A stretch of DNA of 56,474 nucleotides, the filler included, from Diploschistes diacapsis (Eukaryota), in NCBI GenBank assembly GCA_023645945.1. It is 6 parts of 6 records of this genome, joined end to end, with 100 filler letters (N's around TTAATTAATTAA, not from the genome) between each part and the next. Parts side by side here need not be neighbours in the genome. Positions count along the whole stretch, not along the records: positions 1 to 9,340 come from JALAIB010001054.1; positions 9,441 to 18,779 come from JALAIB010001055.1; 4 more parts are not named here. One strand, given 5' to 3'. The position numbers and the translations under genes are program-made. The notes beneath the pieces were generated by a model. The model saw only the letters and a list, made by a program, of their open reading frames with translations, made no database searches and was not told where the DNA came from. Positions 1 to 12,900 of this stretch are shown here, piece after piece (the first letter of the stretch is position 1; the number at the start of each line of letters is the position of its first letter).

Positions 1-2054
1 GTCATGGGGTGGGAGTACTTTAATTGTGCGGTTAGGGATGATACAAGGGCGGGCCTGAGGGAGGATGAACCGTGGAGGTGGGCTCATATGGTGAGGGGCG
101 CCATGGTGGACTTTGGTGGCGATGAGACGTGGGATGAGAGGGCTACGTTATGGGATGGAAAATTGGGGGAGAGGGGGGACAACGGTCAGGGACAAGATGG
201 CAGATGGAGGTGAGATGAAGGGGGGAGGATCGAAGATCTAACGGATTCTGGTGGTGGCCATTCGTTAATCGTTTCTGCCTTGCCGCCGTTGATTTTCGCA
301 TGCCTTGCCTCCTCATTTCGCAACAAGCCATCCTCTCTCCACGTCTCCTTGCCTCTTTAACGCACTCCCACTGCTACTTCCGTTTTCCCAAAACCTCCAC
401 CACTAATCTCTTCCTTTCCTCCTTCCAATCCCGCAATGTCCCTTATCATTTTTCACCCAACAACATTCTTCTGCCTCCACAGCTGCAGACCTTTGTGCTG
501 ATTGTCCAGTCGTCCCCGGTTCCCACCGTCCCACATCGCCCCTCCAGCTCTGAGACCGCCAGTGGTATATGACCAATCCTTCCCAATGGGCTCGCGTCGC
601 GACTGGGGCTCCCACTCCTACTTCCACCCTCCTATTACGCCACAGCCGGTATTACCAACCTCTCCCCTTCATTTCCCTTCTTGCTCTTACTGTTCAGTCC
701 ACCGACAGATCCCCCCTTGATATCCTCTTCTTCGGGTCTTGGCTTTCGTACCCCCACATCCATTGCGCTTACACGTACATAGTCCTTGGCGGTAAAATGT
801 ACGGCGCTGGTAGAGGTTCAGGGCGACGCGGCTGAAGAGGGCGGTGGCACCAAATGCGACCCCGAAGAGACGATGGCTAGGATTATGTAGAGGACCGTAT
901 TCATTGTGTGCTTCGGGGCAGCTGGAATTATGGCGGAAGGCTTTTGAGAACAGCGGATGGTCTGACAAGGAGTGGATGGTTGAATAAGTAGATGGTATTA
1001 TGAGTATAGGAGCCAACGTCGGTACATAAGATTCGTGATAAGGACCGAAGGGTGGATGGTGTTGTAGTGGAATCATGATTACGCTAGTTCGGGATAGATA
1101 GGGCCTCGAACTGATGATTACGAGACATTTAAGATGCTGATGAAGGATGCTTGAGTACAGGAGGGAGAGACACAAAGGGACAGCATGCTTTCGGCGCATA
1201 CAAGCCGAACGTCTTTTGAGTTGCCCGTACAAACGCGTAGTAAAAAGATCCGAACTTCGCGGTCAAAGCACATTGTACTCAATATAGTTGGAGGGGTTGA
1301 GACATGTCTCTGCGGCTCTAGTTTGAAGAAAGTGATAAGTAACAGATTCCGATGGATATGCAAAAGGGCCTCGCTGCGCCTGGTGAAGAATTTGAGAAAA
1401 CAGTTTGCCGGGTAGAGTATCGACTTAGGCCCTAGCTGCTAGGCTTCTTAGACAGGTGGACAATTGCGAGCAAGAACCGGAAAAGCTAGTCCACTCAGAG
1501 GGGAAAGAAGGTGCTCGAGGGAATGTATAAAGTTCTGGCAGTGGGAAGAAAAGGACACTGAAGTAAATTGCTTTCCTATTAGTAAGTAGCCTGAACTGAG
1601 GCCCTTTGAGGAGAATTTTTATATCAGTGAACTGTTATCCAGATGTTGGGTAGTATATCCGTGGTCTAACATGAGGCTGTGCCTGTGCCGCCGCGGTTGC
1701 TAGGAGAAGCCCATGCCGGTGTTTCAAGAGTTACTGTTGACCGGCCATAGGTAGCTAGATATCACATAGCACAATGGGTTTTTGAGTTGTAGAACACCAG
1801 AGCTGCAATTGAGATCTTGGTCCTTGTACATGGCAAAGGTTGAGGAATGCGGAGCTCGCTTGTAGCCATTTAGGGTTTTACGACCTGAATGCTGCACGTG
1901 ACTGTCCAAGAGTAAGTGAGGACAATAGAAACGTTGGTACAAGAGCGTTGTCCTAGAGGGAAAATCGCAATGTTGACGCATAGCAGTTGGTCAGAAAACC
2001 GTGGTTCAATACCGGACATAGAACGTTGGCTATATATTACTCGGATCACAAAAG

Positions 2055-3123
2055 CTAGTTCTTTTGTGAAGCGGGCCCTTCGGCCCAGGGCTTCATCTCC
2101 TTCGATTCGCCGTTCCACTTATAGACTTCTCCCCTACCGACGTTATATTGATAGTAGTTTTCGGTCCCGCCTCTGACCATAGCCCTCCGAAAGGTGATGT
2201 TGATACGCCCTTTATCTGCCTCACCTCGCTTCCTCTTCGGAATGCTATGGAGCCAATTTGCCTGCGTTTTGCCTCGCATGAGGATCATATCCCCACTAGC
2301 AAGGGGTAAGCTGAGTGGTTTACTGCCCTGGCTGGCGGCGCCGTCCGGTTCTGCTTCTCCGTGTTTGGGAATCACCGGTTTGTGCTTCATCAGAAAATCC
2401 CTCTTGGCACCCAAGGAGAAGGATGCTATGGCGGGATCGGGTCCAAGGAAACGCTCATCGTCGCTATGATAGGAGATACTATCCTCTCCGCTAGCGTAGT
2501 AGTTAACCAAACAAAAGTTATAGGTCGAGCCTGTAAAGACCTCTGTAAGCTGGCGTAGGTGATCTAAGCAAGCGGGAATGGGCCTCGGTTTGCAGGTCTT
2601 ATACCGATCGGTTGGTATAGACTTTTTCGTATTGCTGTCTATCAAGGCCCCTGCATCATCAAATCTAGAGCTCTCATCGACACCAAACACGGTAGTACTA
2701 CCCAATGTTAGGCTAGATCGGGCGAAGAGGCCTGTAAGGAGCATACAATCTAGGGGTGCTTATATCTTTCTCTAACGGACCACGTTTGATCTTGTACTTT
2801 ACCCGGTAGAAGAAAAGCTCCCGTCTTAGAAACTCAAACACGGTATTTTCTAGAGACCTGGGAATATACGGCTGGAAATACAATAGATCAAGATCTTGTT
2901 GGTCCTTGATCTCTCTACCGTCCGAGGCAGGGATTTGAGAAGACAAGGCATCTTGTATCTCTGAAGGGAAACCTGGGATCGGAAATGGATATGTAGGGTG
3001 CCGGGAAGAAGGCCCATTCACTACTGGCGCATGAGGTCCGGAGTCGAAGCTTGATTCTCCGATGCGTGCCTTCTTAGTTGTAGCAGGCTGGAAAAAAGTG
3101 TCCAGAGTTCGCTTGGGCGTCAT
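2055..3123 (-). CDS. AlkB-family 2OG-Fe(II) dioxygenase (ALKBH2/3-like DNA repair protein); exons 3123-2747 and 2697-2055
   Basis: Two ORFs joined by a 49-nt intron (GTATGC...CTAAC...TAG, 2746-2698), giving ...ISTPRF-TTVFGVD. Motifs: NFCLVNYY, SISYHSDDE (HxD), WLHSIPKR, RINITFR. Confidence 0.9.
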
Positions 3124-3849
3124 TAGACAGAATTATGACAGAATAGCGGGAGTACGAGGAGGCTAGCTACTGCTTGTTATCCGCCATGCAGAGATGAATG
3201 CTTCTTTGGCAATACGTCATCAGTTCTCAAGGCCGGTATAGCGCGTTGTAACGCGTGAATTTCGTGACCATGCTTTCCTTTTTAGGCAAGAGCATACTTC
3301 AATCCTAACTTGAAGCTGTAAGCCTTTGTATAGAAGACGAAAGCTTGACGTGCTTAAAGACAGTATACACCTCACCCATGCTCATATCAACTTCCCAGAA
3401 TCGACGTATAGAAAGACTTTCAACTACCTAGGTATCCTCTAGTTGTGACGTGCCAGCATGAGATTATGCTCCTCCTTTCCTTCGCTGCTCCACTTTGACC
3501 GGTAAATACATTGATAAGCTTGTCCGGAATTTCTCAGATAGGAGGAGTTAGGGTGATTTTTGTTCTCGCATTTGGTGGGCGTACACTTGCAGGAGCTTCA
3601 GGAAGGAAGATGCCTTATCTGAATTGGCTTGTTGAATATGAACGTTGTCAAAGAGCGAACGGACCCCACAGGTGACTTCGATGGCATTTACCGAGCGACC
3701 GGACTTAAAGATGGATTGTCCTATAGTAATTTGTAGATGGCCGATTATTTCTTGGGCTCGCATTAGCTTCTTATATGTCAAACACTGACATGCAGATACC
3801 AGGATGGCACATACATTACCAGATGCAGTAACATCCTGAATAGTAGCTT

Positions 3850-4430
3850 CTAAGCACTTCCACCGCCTGCAGCAGCCCCACTTGACGCGTTCATTATGCT
3901 TTCCTCGATCATCATGATAGCCGCCAAGCTCAGCACCTCCAGCTCCTTGCCCAGCTCAGCCAAATAGTCGACCCGAGCCACGGGATTCCTTTTGAACATC
4001 TTCGTATTATTGATCCACACCGTAAGTACCTAGTCCGTCGCGTGGTCGACGAGCTTGAAGTCTGCTCCCCAAAAGAAGAGACGCCAAGCTCTTTCCTATG
4101 CGTGTTTGTCCAGGTAAAAGAGCGCCCGTTTCAGCGAAAGGCTCCATTTGGTGCTGGAGAAACCCTCACAGTGAAGTTCGGGCCAGCTGCTACTGTCGGT
4201 GGTTCCTGGGTCACCGAGAAATAGCCGCACGTGGCGGCTCATCGAGCGCGGCTTGCACGCCGCTAGGATCGACTCGTCACCTGTCTGAATGTTGAGCTGT
4301 GGAGTACGTAATAAACGGGCTTGCGTGCTGGCCCAGAGGATGGCCTGCCCGTTGTGTTGGACCTTCAAGCGCTGCAACTAAAGGTTCCGGGGTTGACGAC
4401 CTCATATTGCTTGACTTGCTGGTTCGCCAT
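3850..4430 (-). pseudogene. Disrupted fungal hypothetical-protein gene (about 190 codons)
   Basis: A protein-like path can be stitched across frames: MANQQVKQYEVVNPGTFS / RLKVQHNGQAILWAS...EGFSSTKWSLSL / NGRSFTWTNTHRKELGVSSF / GADFKLVDHATD*VLTVWINNTKMFKRNPVARVDYLAELGKELEVLSLAAIMMIEE...GGGSA*. This needs 3 frameshifts and one internal TAG. Confidence 0.55.
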
Positions 4431-6647
4431 TTTGCGGCTTTCGGGGACTGGTGCTCAAGTGAAGCGACGTCAAGTCGATGCTGAGATGGGCCACAGGAGC
4501 TCAGAACGAACCTCAGACAAGAATCAAACCGCGGATGTCCTAGCACGTGACTAGGCTTAATAGAATCCGTATTCCAGCCACCAAGTTGGAAATGGCTGCC
4601 GTCTTAGGGACACCATATCATATCACGTATATCTAGTTCCCATAGTAATTTGAGCTCTAACGTGTTTCAACACACAACGGATCACCCCACAAAGCGGTTC
4701 ACAATCCCTGCACCTTCGTAAATGTATTTCTTAACATTTTCACCTTTCGTACAAATAATTTTATGTGTGGTTATGGGGCTCAAAAGCTCGCTTAAAACTA
4801 TCTAGCGCATCTACATTATAATGAGTAACTCGCTTTGTGGTGTAACCCGTTTTGTGGTGAAAGACGTTAAAGTGACATTCAGATTATGTAATACATTGAT
4901 GTCACATGATATGGAGCATATGTGGCGACAGCCCTATAGTATTTGTGTGGAGAAAAAACACCGTTCCAAAAGCACATATTCCTTCTCAGAGACTGACTGC
5001 TACAGAGAACTTGAGCCAACTTTCCTGGCCGCCGTTATAATTTATCCAACTACCAATGCTGCAGTACCCCCTTCTAAACACGGCTGCTTTTCATAGCTTT
5101 TAACTATGTTGGAATTACAGCCAATCCAAGAATTCAAATGGGTTCATGGTACCAGGAGAAAGTCCTGCAACAAGTACAACCACACTTGCAGCCTTCTGGG
5201 CCAGCCGTGTGGCCTTATGCCACGGTATAATATCAAAATTTGTATTGCGCTAGAAATACACGGTGAGTTTCCATTGCAGATGCTGAGACTGACTCCGGGT
5301 AGGGTTACATCGACCAAATGAGTCAAAACAACCATATTTCCACATTTAGCCTCTGCTCGCTTTGCATCTACCGGCCGCCCGAGTCTCTGGAAGGGCCGTT
5401 CCCCCTGTAGGGGTAAAGAGAAGTATAGAGATCCCATGTGAAGGAGACGGTGGGAGTGGCTTGAGCCATCCGTTCTCTGCAGCAGTTAGTTGCGTTTGCG
5501 CCATGCGTGATTGCGTTCCTGGTCGCTATCAGTTTAACCGTCCGCTTGGCTCTTCTGTACAGAGTCATTTAGCCATACGCTTCTGGTTTTTCTATTACTG
5601 GGCAACGGCCTCAAATATTCACAATTCACGGTGGACAATACCACCACCACATGCACTGTGGTGTATGTGGTTTAGACTTTATTCCAACACCCGACACTAC
5701 CCACATTGCGACTTGCGATGGTACATTGGAGATACACCAAAGTTGGCAGAATCTCCGTTCAGGGCTAGTACAAAATTCAATCAATAACAGTATTTGCTTG
5801 GCCTCTGCCATTCTCGACCGACCTCCACGAGCAAGCGTAAGTTTCTTTCCTCCTGCTTATGTCTTATACAAATTTGTCTGCTGTCGAGTCGTCTCTTTCA
5901 AGCAGTGCTGAGAATAGACTTGACCGTTTGCGTGGTCAGTATCTAATTTGCTCGCTGAACCGCAAGCTAGAACAACATTGGGCGTGCTTTTGATTGCGCA
6001 CCCTGGCAACTCTCTTAGGGTTGGGCGGATTTTCTTGTCGTATGACTTGCAGCACAAGCGTATCGCTACGTGCATTCCTAGAGACCGTGTCTCGTCTATG
6101 TTTTCATAATTGTCCTTGAAACGTCTGCTACTTCGCGATGTGTATTTTCCAGTTATAGAAATGCCGCCATGTCACGTTGCAGCTCCCTGGTCTCTTTAGT
6201 CTTGTTTCTAAACCCGTTCACTTGACATTTGTTTCTGCACTTTACTGCTTATGCGTCTAATTTCGATTACGGAGTCTTCAACCAGGCTTTCTGATCAACA
6301 CAATCGTTCTACCATCCGCTCACGGCGATCCGTTTGAGGGTTCCATAGCTTGCTGGCAAAGTAGGCCAGGTTTCACACCACGTTGAGACCATAGATCCAC
6401 AGTGGCCACGACTGCCTGAGGTCGATCACTGCCTCAAGGTGAGGTTGTATGCTCACACTCACCACTAAGGTTGCAGGTCTTGGTACCAGCTAGCCCTGTC
6501 GCCATCTTCAGCTTTTCCTTCAATCCTCGCCTGATATGTTATCGTATAAAGGGAGGTTGGAGCCCTTGCTCGTATGCATGCACCGTACTAAGAGTCTTGG
6601 AATCCTGTCCACTTCGAGCTGCTAGTGCCTTTGCTGTCGCATTCATA

Positions 6648-7701
6648 ATGACTCGCTTCTCTATAGCATCTCTTGTCTTACTCGCCCTACAAGGAGCTGC
6701 ATTTCCTTTGTCCAGGCGATCAATTGCTGGCCCAGTCATCACCATCAATTTCCCCGATCCCTCATTCATCGAAGTCGATGGCTCGTACTACGCTTTCGGA
6801 ACGGACAATGGCGCCTTGATCCCCTTCGCCACGTCGCCAGATTTCAACGCCTGGACCGTGCAGTCCGGCTCCGCTCTGACCAGCGCCGGCTCGTGGAGCA
6901 ACGGCGCCAACGTATGGGCCCCTGATGTCGTGCAAATCGTAAGCCTCCTTCCTCCCTCCCTATGCCGATATACTAAGCTTTTCACCCTAGGGCAGCACCT
7001 TTGTGATGTACTATACCGCCCAGCTCTCCGATGGATCCACCAACTGCATCGGCGTTGCCACGGCCTCCGCCCCAGCGGGCCCCTACACTCCACAAAACAG
7101 CGCCCCTGTCGCCTGCCCCTCCTCCCAGGGCGGCGCCATCGACCCGAACGGCTTCCAAGACTCGGACGGCACAAACTACCTGCTCTACAAGGTTGACGGC
7201 AACTCCATCGGCCACGGCGGCAACTGCAACAACGGCGTCGCCCCCATCGTGCCGACGCCCATCATGCTGCAGCGCATGAGCGCCGACGGCACCGCGACCG
7301 ACGGCAGCGCGCCCGTGCAGATCCTCGACCGCGACGACGCCGACGGTCCGCTCGTCGAGGCGCCCAGCCTCGTCCGCGTGCAGGATCCGTCCTCGGCGGG
7401 GGGGTGGCTGTACATCCTGTTCTTCTCCAGCAACTGCTACTCCGGCAGCCAGTACGACACTAGCTACGCCGTCTCGACCAACGGCGTCGCGGGGCCCTAC
7501 ACGAAGGCGCAGGCGCCCGTCGGCCCGCTCCTGAAGACGGGCTCGCCGTACGGCCAGCTCTACTCACCCGGCGGGCTGAGCATCGCGTCCACGGGCACGC
7601 AGGTCGTTTTCCACGCGGACGAGGGGACGACAGCGGATACGAGGCAGATGTACACCGGGAACATCAACGTCGATGTCGCCGGGCGCAGCGTTTCGATTTG
7701 A
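6648..7701 (+). CDS. Secreted glycoside hydrolase family 43 (arabinanase/arabinofuranosidase-like); exons 6648-6938 and 6991-7701
   Basis: Signal peptide MTRFSIASLVLLALQGAA. GH43 motifs NFPDPS, VWAPDV, GAIDP, LVEAP, SPGG. A 52-nt intron GTAAGC...CTAAG...TAG (6939-6990) restores the frame. Confidence 0.9.
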
Positions 7702-8229
7702 ACCGGGCCACGTCGGTTGCGTGATGCTCTGTCTGGAAGACGGTCGGTGCTGACGCCTCATTTCCAGGGATTGATGCCCCGATACGACGCGTCCCTTTTT
7801 GTCTATCCCTTTCCGTTTTTGCCGTATAACGTGATAACGTTACATATTGCTGCTGCGAATCCGGTTGTACATAGCTTTATAGTTTTTTCTATACATATCT
7901 TTTTTCAAAAGAAGAACTTTCCATACCCAGCTACCGTCCGCGTGAAGTAAAGCGATGACTTGTCACTGCTTCTCACGAACAAGTACACACAGCGACCCCC
8001 CCGTTTTTCGGGAATCTTTTCAATTGTCCAGCATTCTTGGCAGAGGCTGTTAGCAGCGGTACCAGACACCGGCATGCTCGGAGCACTTCAAGCTTTCAAT
8101 ACCTCCCGTTCACTTCTCTTATGCCACACGCACACACGCACGAACACAACAAATTCCTTCTAATGCCCCTTAATAGTTTGAATCCACTTCCTCTTTTACC
8201 ATCGTCGAACCCCACGACTTGGGTAAAAT

Positions 8230-9340
8230 AAATCTGAAAACCCCTTTTTTTTTGATTAATTAATTTATTTATTTATTGCATATATCAATTCATGTATTAT
8301 CTATCCATGTCCTTTTCGGGAAAAAGCCAAGACAAGACGTTGGTTGGTTGCCAAAAAAAAACACCATGTAAAACATCAAAAAGACAGAAAGAACCGTGTG
8401 TTATGATCTCTATCTATACAAGGTATACACGAGTAGGATCAAGGTGGGTTTAGTCTCTGTTAGAAGAGGAATGTGGCAGGAAAAGAAGATAGAACAGTTA
8501 CAAATCTTAGACTATCTCTAAAAAGAAAGCTCTAAAATAATAAAAGTAACGAATATAGATTGATCCCGAATAATAACTTAAGATGTTTATAAAAATGAAC
8601 ACATCGAATAAAAGCATGTTTAAAAAAAAGACTATATACCTAAATCTCCCATAAAGCACCAGCGTTAGTTCCCTATGTTTTATCAATAACGAAGAAAGCG
8701 CCGGCGACGGTTCTTATGGAGCAGAAGGAACGCCGCCTATTGCTTCCATAGAGCGCACGGAACGGCGCCGCTCGCTTTAACAATTCACGTGACCCGAACG
8801 CCAGTAAATGTTTCTTAATAAATGGCTAGGACGTGATAGGTCAGTAACCTGGATCGTAACACTATTCCTCTCCTTTAGAATTATCGACCTAACAATAAAC
8901 CGAAGGGTCTAATTACATAAACGAAACTAATCTCCTTCCCGTTCTTCGACAATAGATTCTTTAACTCGTCGTCAACGCAAGATCACACACCGCAATAAAA
9001 GAAAAGAATGTTTCCGTCTCGCCGACGAAATCGAATCCCTTCGATATTTTCCTAAAATAACCTATAATTCTTATCTAATTTCCGATCATCTTTACTTTAT
9101 AATTCCTTTTAATATTAACGTTAATTCTAACAAATATTCTAAATATATCCGTTTAAAAAGATCTTATTCCTTTCGCTCGTGATTTTCGTTAAATAAGATC
9201 CGAAATCAACAAATTATTAAACTATTATCCTTAAAACGGGATCGCGATTAAAAATTTAAAGAACTTTTTAAGATACAAATAAGAATTAATAGAGAACGTA
9301 AGGTTTAAAAATTAACGCAAAAAAAAGCGATCACGAAGAC
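8230..9340. mobile_element. AT-rich, RIP-like degenerate repeat relic at contig end (family unidentified)
   Basis: Abrupt AT enrichment, many TpA dinucleotides, no ORF of 60 aa or more; runs into the gap. Confidence 0.4.
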
Positions 9341-9440
9341 NNNNNNNNNNNNNNNNNNNNNNNNNNNNNNNNNNNNNNNNNNNNTTAATTAATTAANNNN
9401 NNNNNNNNNNNNNNNNNNNNNNNNNNNNNNNNNNNNNNNN
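9341..9440. other. Artificial contig spacer
   Basis: N44-TTAATTAATTAA-N44 (stop codons in all six frames). Confidence 0.98.
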
Positions 9441-9901
9441 GTCGTTAATCGTGCCAGCTCTAGGCCGCATTAAACTAATAATTAAAAATATAATATATTA
9501 TGCTTCCTATTAGTAAACACACGTAGTTCATTTCGTTCCATTGGGCCAGACTGGTGCAAACTTGAAGAGCTCAGGCATACCCGCAGCCCACACACGCACC
9601 GTGTGGATGAAAGGCGGGTTTTGGCGCGCCTACCTCATCACCACCCAATTCCCTGAATGGTTCTTGCTTTCTGTAGCTGCCACTATTATTGCGCCGTTAC
9701 CAGCGCATCTGTCCCCTGATCGTTCTTCATTTCCCTTCCTTTTGCTTGTATTATCCCCCTCCCTTGTTTGCTCTTGCAGGCTCCAGCTTTGCATTGCTCT
9801 CTAGCATTTCCACCCATCTGTTGGGCTTACGGAGTCATACCTACCGTTATTGTCACTGCTATAGAAATCTTTAATTTCTAATCAATCTGGACTCAGCTAA
9901 G

Positions 9902-12900
9902 ATGGAAGAACCCATTGATTCCGATGTCCCCGTGGAGGAAGAAATACTCACTACAGCTGCTGAGGCCTCGAGGTCCAAGACAACTTCGACATCGCCCAAA
10001 AAAAACGCAGTTCCTCTAAAACGTCCCGTTACTGTTACCACAGCCAAGAGGCCGGGTGGCCCAGCATCAGCGGCAACTTCGAAGTCCACAACTACAACAG
10101 GCCGAAGCGTTGCTTTAGGCAGTACCTTAAGCAAGCCACCCACCCGTCCGCCACCTTCTTCGGCTGTACGGCGTTCGATAGTCCCCGCGAGCTCTGCAAC
10201 ACCGTCTCATCGCTCACGTTCTTCCATAGGCTCCATAGAAGGGGAAAAGAAGGGATCTGGAAGTCCCAATGCTGAAGCAAAGAGATCCATGGTGTCGGGG
10301 ATAGCGAAGCGGGCTTCGCTTACACCCTCCGCCGCCTCGAAAATGTCGGAGAACAGGCCGCCTACATCAGCTGCGGCTCGCCGAATACCCGGCAGCACAT
10401 CGTCAATTGGCGAGAAAAACATAGCTATGAGCTCTAAGGACGAAAGCAAGCCACTTTCAGACAGTCTAAGGAGCTCTATGACGGCCATCAACACCTCTCG
10501 CACTGTTCGGTCTTCAACTTTGACGAAAGGGTCCTCGAGCGGCTTAGCAGAAGGCAAGAAGAGGTTGAGCACAATACCAGCATCGCCCGCTACACAAGTA
10601 CCTCTGTCTCCCACAAAGCAAGAACGACCTGCTCTAGGAGCGCGTAAGTCTACCATGTCGGCCATGACGGAGCAGCGGCTAAGAGAATTTGAGCTTGTTC
10701 AAAATATGCTCAAGGTTGCAATGGCTCAAGACGCGGCCGATGACGAAGTAAAAGAGGAGTACACAAAACAGATGGATAAGAACCTTGCCACACTCAAAAA
10801 GGAACTGCAGGATGCCAGGCGAGCTGAAGGCCAGAAGCCAACTGAGCCCCTAGTCCCAGAAACAAAGCCAGGGGAGAGCGATGCAAGCACGTCGAATACC
10901 TTAGAGACGGAGTTACGGTCCAGTAAAGCAAGAGTGGCAGCCCTTGAAGCGGAACTGGCAGATGCCAAGCAAATCATGGACAAATTTAGCGCTCAGACCG
11001 AGGAAGCGTTGAAGGCCATTGATGCTTCCAAAGAAGACATGCAGCACGATTACGACCAGAAAATAAATGAACTCACTGCTTCCCATGCTGCCGACCTTGC
11101 AAGGGTTAGAACAGAACAGAAAGTTCGAGATAAACAAAATTCTCAGCAAAACGAGAAGGAAGCCAAAGGTGTTGCAGATGCTAAGAAGAGCCTCATACGT
11201 GATCATGCCACTGAGCTTGACAAACTTAAAGCCCAGCACGCTGGCGAGCTGGAGCAACTCCGTATAGAAATTGCCGAGAAAGACAGAGTACATAAGCAGC
11301 AAGCCGAGCAGGCAATAAAGGATGTTGATTTTGCGAGGGCCTCTGCCCGTCAACAGGGTTCTGACGAGGTGGCACGCCTTTTGGAGGAACAGAAGGAGAA
11401 GCACGGTCGGGAACTAAATGCGTTGCAAGCAAAATCCGAGGAAAATCAGAAGCAAGGGCTGGATGCTTCCTCGAAGGTTTCGGAATTAACTTCTCAATTG
11501 ACTGATTTAAGAACCCAACTTGCAAATGCGGAACAAGCTTCCGCAGATGACGTGAAAGCTTGCAAGGCCCAATTTGAGAAGGAAATCAACGCAAAGGATG
11601 AGCAAATTGTATCATCTACAGCCGAGCTCGCTGCTGTACGCAAGGAGTTGGCCGTGCTCAAGGAGTCTCATTCACGGGAACTCGATGAAGTCCAGGCGAG
11701 CTCTACGGAACGCATCAGGAGTGCTCAAGCAGATCACGAAGCTTCAAGACAAAGGCTTGTTGAGTTGGAAACGGGTATTAGCGCAACTTCCGCAGAGCAT
11801 GAGGAATTGTTTAGAAAAAAGGATGCAGAAATCCAGGACCATGTGCAAAAGGTGCAAGAGCTTGAGGCTTCGGCAACTGTGCTCAACCAGCAGCACAAGC
11901 AAATTTTGCATGCAAAAGACGCCGAAAAAGCCTCTGCGTTACAGCGTATCCAGCAACTGGAGGCTGACGCAAGCTTCAGCACATTCCAACACGCCGAAGC
12001 ACTTGCGGTGAAGGAGTCTGAGATTGAAGCCTCTGTGCAGAAGGTCAAAGAGCTGGAAAAATCTGCAAGCTCCTCTGCCGCTCAACAGGCCGAAGTAATG
12101 GCAGCAAAAGAAGCCGAAACCCAGGCCTTTGTGCAACGGATCCAGCAGCTGGAAGCTGATGCAAGCTTCAGTAACGTTCAACAAGCCGAAGCAATTGCAA
12201 TTAAAGAAGCTGAGCTTGAGGCCTCCGTGCAAAGAGTCAAGGAGCTTGAGCAGTCTTCGGAAACAGTAACTGCTCAGCAAGAAAGGGCTCAATCAGAGAA
12301 AATGGCCGAGCTTGAGTCCCTCCAGCAAAAGTTCCACGATCTCGAAGCTGTTAGCAAATCAGACTCTGCCCAACGCGGTGAACTCATTTCTCAGATTAAT
12401 GAGTTGAAATCAAAGATCCAAGAACTTTCAGATGCGAAGCAGGAACAAGCTACGAAGATGCTCGAAGAGAATCAGGCCCTGAGACAGGAGCGAGACCAAG
12501 CACTTGGCGCTTTACAGCAGAATGAATCTTTGCATGAAGAGGTTGAGGTGTACAAAAGACGTGCGGCAGAATGGGAAGCTACTGCTGAAGACCGGTTGAC
12601 AGAATATCAATCGACAATCTCAACGAAGAATGCAGAAGTACAGAAGCTCGAGGCGGCCATCCAGAAACTGCAAGAGCAAATTGAGAACCTTCACCAAGGG
12701 AAGCGAGACGAATTGGACGAAATGAAAGCTGCAATGCAACAAGCTCATGATGCTTTGATTGAACAACTCAACAGTCAGCATCACGTTGACCTGGAGACTG
12801 CCCTAGCGAACATCAAAGAGGAGTACAGCGACGCACAAGCCAAGCTTTCGGCTGAACTTGAGAAGACGAGAGAGGCTTATGCTATTTCTATGAAGCACAG

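Noticed and set aside
1..2050. Short ORFs at the start of contig 1, including a possible frameshifted TM peptide (MNTVLYIILAI/LFGVAFG, minus strand, about 905-690)
   Set aside because: No recognisable motif or consistent splice model; cannot be supported.
9385..9396. TTAATTAATTAA as a biological motif
   Set aside because: It is an identical linker centred in every N-run, so an assembly artefact.
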